From NCBI RefSeq assembly GCF_009914755.1, contig NC_060938.1: a stretch of 64,000 bases of DNA; one strand, 5' to 3'. Shown piece by piece: positions 59,143 through 64,000 of the stretch (position 1 is its first letter; each line of letters opens with the position of its first letter). The notes under the pieces are model-generated. The model saw only the letters and a list, made by a program, of their open reading frames with translations, did not search any database and was not told the DNA's origin. The DNA is from the human T2T-CHM13v2.0 reference genome, Homo sapiens. The position numbers and the translations under genes are program-made.

Positions 59143-59492
59143 TTTTAGAACCTGATCACAAAGGATTTCATCCTTGGAAGAAACTGGTCCAGCAATCTCG
59201 ATTTCGACATGAGTCTGGAAAGGATCTTGAGCGCCACGTGGGTCCCACTGGGGTCCCACTGGGGGTCTCCTCCCAGTGGCTCCTGCTCCCTCCTGGCACG
59301 GCTGGCCTTTGCTCTGCACCTCCACTCTGCTCTTGTGGTCCCTTTGGCTAGTCCTTGTGGAGGGGCCCCAGGAGACAGTGGGGAAAGCACAGGCTCCCCC
59401 CAAAAGACTCCAATGTGAGCTCAGCCTAGTCATGTGACCCTAGACAAGCTTTTCACTTTCCTGGACCCCACAGCACAAGTAACCGCCCCTGC

Positions 59493-59909
59493 TGTTATGG
59501 GTTGAGTTGTGTTCCCCCAAAAAAGATCTGTTGCAGTCCTAACCCCCAGAACCTGAAAATGTGACCATATTTGGGCATAGGGTCTTTACAGAGGTCATCA
59601 AGGTAAAGTGAGGTCATTAGGATGGGCCCTAGTGTGATACGATTGGTGTCCCTACAAAAAGGGGAAATTTGGACACGGAAACAGACAGGCATTGAGGGAA
59701 GATGATGTGAAGAAACACAGGGAGAAGATGTCATCTACAAGCCACAGACAGAGGCCCAGAGCAGACCCTGTCACTGCCTTCAGAAGGAGCCAGCCCTGCC
59801 AATGCCTCGATCTTGGACTTCCAGCCTCCAGAGCTGTCAGACAATAAACATCTGCTGTTTCAGCCCCCATCTGTGGGACTTTCTTAAGGCAGCCCTAGCA
59901 ACAAACCCA
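59493..59909 (+). mobile_element. MLT1B/C solo LTR
   Basis: tgttatgggttg..ggcagccctagca; TSD CCTGC. Confidence 0.88.
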
Positions 59910-61814
59910 CCTGCCTTGTTGACTTCCTGAAACGAGACAGCCACACGGTGGTGCTGTGTAAAGGGCAAGTGCCACGGATTCATTCATGCCATGAGCAATC
60001 ATTGAGCACCAACAGTGTACCAGGGACCATGCCTGAGCACTAGGGGTCTGCACCACCAACTTATATAAAGTCCTTTACTTGCTTCCTTTACATAAGTTAT
60101 TCTCCCAGCCACCATGTAAACGGAATCATCTAAGACTGCTACAGTCCTCACAGCTCCTAGCTAATCATTAAGCACATTGTAGGTGCTTAATAAATGCCTA
60201 AATAATTGACTTAATACAGATTCGTAATGGCTACAAATTATTCAGTGTACAAGTCTGAACGTGGGTGTGCTGAATATTTTACAGTCTTCAGCAACATCCA
60301 GAAGAACTAATCATAGTTTGGGTCCAAAATAACCTCATTTATTTAGCGCCACGACAGGCTTGGCCTGTTCTGTAGGGTGTAGAATATTGAGCCCGAAGGG
60401 ATGGCATCTCGTTTGCTTTCATGACCTCCTCCCCTCTTGCATGGATACAGATCATGGCTTTAGACAATTTTTGAGGTGAGGTTACATTTTCTGGGTGTAG
60501 CCAACTGCAGATAAAAGATATTTTCTGTAATGCATCATGCAGGATCTTAATAATTCTAGGAGCTCATTTGAAAGTCATTTTAAACTGGCCTTTTGAGAGT
60601 TCTGCATTATTAGAAAGAAAGGGAGAGGAGAGGGGGGAAGTGGAAAGGGGGAGGGGAAGTGGGGAAAGGAGAACACAGAGAGGGGAGAGGGAGAAAAGGA
60701 AGGAAGGAAGAGAGGGAGAAAGAAATCAGTCCCTACAGCATGTGGACATTGTGTGCTGCTGGGCAGAAGGTTTTCAGCACGACAAGAATGAGAATGCCAA
60801 GCGCATAAATTATAATGCCGTCTTTTCCCTGCAAACAGTGAATAATTATAGATGCCAAGTGTCTCAGTGAAATCTGCTGGGCATATGGCCCCTTTTTGTC
60901 TTCATGCCACTTTTCTTTGCTCCTTCAGGGCAAAGAAGCCAGCATGAATTAGCACCTGGCCACAGTATCCTGACCTGTGAGAAAAAAATGAGGGCATGTT
61001 TTCAATTTCCAGGGAAGTATACATCCATGTTTGATTCAAAACATATTTACTGAGTACCTAAAATATCCCAGGTCCTGTGGAAATACAGGAAGGGCTCGTC
61101 ACACAAGGAGTGCACAACCTTAACTGACAGCCCAGCACCACAATCGTTTATTGAGTGACTACTGTACACCAGGTGCTGTGCTAGGTTGGGGGTGCAGATG
61201 GAGGCACCAAGATGAATATTCCATCATTCCTGCCCCCAAAGGGATTATAGATTCATGAAAAGGGAGATTCATAACGAATCACGTCTTTTCCTTTCATTCT
61301 CATAGCAGTCTACAAAGGCGGCACAATCATTCGCCCACCTTGCAGATGCAGCAACTGTGGCATGCAGTTTCAGTCACTTCCTTGCAAAGGGGACTAGGAA
61401 GTGGAGGAGGTGGGTGTGAACATAGCCTGGCTGTGCACACTGGGCTGACGTGGTCGTCTCAGCACAATGGAGCAGGAGGTGAGGGTTGTACACAGGCAAG
61501 CAGCCTGCAAGGATTCAGGAGAGGACAGAGAAAACACTTCCCAGAAGTGCAGAGATGCTGTCCTTGGAATCCAGAGGAGGGAGTGATTCCAACAGGAAGA
61601 CTGACAGAGGCATTTGGAATGGGGTGGAACTTCAGTAGGTGAGGAAGTTGGGAAAGGCCAGTGCAGAGGCAGGCAAGAGCAGAGGCAGGCCCATGGGGGC
61701 TGGGGATGCCAGGGAGGATGAGGGGCCTTGCGGGATGCAGAGGGAGTGGAAGCAAAGTTGGAGCTCAGAGGGTCCTGCTGGCCTGCTGAAGAGCTGGATG
61801 CATCTTATTTGTGC

Positions 61815-64000
<2,186 letters not shown>

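Overview
Primate, almost certainly human, intergenic or intronic DNA. An AluYa5 with all five diagnostic positions is present. The window is dominated by interspersed repeats: about 25 Alus, a 6-kb degenerate L1MA, many ERV1/ERVL/MaLR LTRs, the 5' part of a MER4-group provirus with an intact tRNA-Arg primer-binding site, an MSTA provirus, and hAT DNA-transposon relics. I recognise no protein-coding exon; every long ORF in the track comes from tandem repeats, transposons or the GC-rich island. Non-repeat landmarks are a ~0.8-kb CpG island (27.1-27.9 kb) with a strong CTCF motif 1 kb to its right, a 2.06-kb 20-bp C-rich VNTR, and a 1.9-kb TA-rich array that grew inside an MLT2A LTR. The most unusual signal is not a gene. 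It is a set of local copy events: a 68-bp copy 699 bp from its donor, a 160-bp copy inserted in a G-rich tract 1244 bp from its donor, a ~130-bp inverted copy ~0.9 kb from its donor, a 35-bp fold-back beside a (TA)n, and a 692-bp Alu-Alu tandem duplication with a chimeric Alu. The 160-bp pair also shows a ~14:1 AT-to-GC asymmetry that suggests a fossil GC-biased gene-conversion hotspot. Repeat family names come from recalled consensus sequences, not from alignments I ran, so subfamily calls need RepeatMasker/Dfam confirmation.
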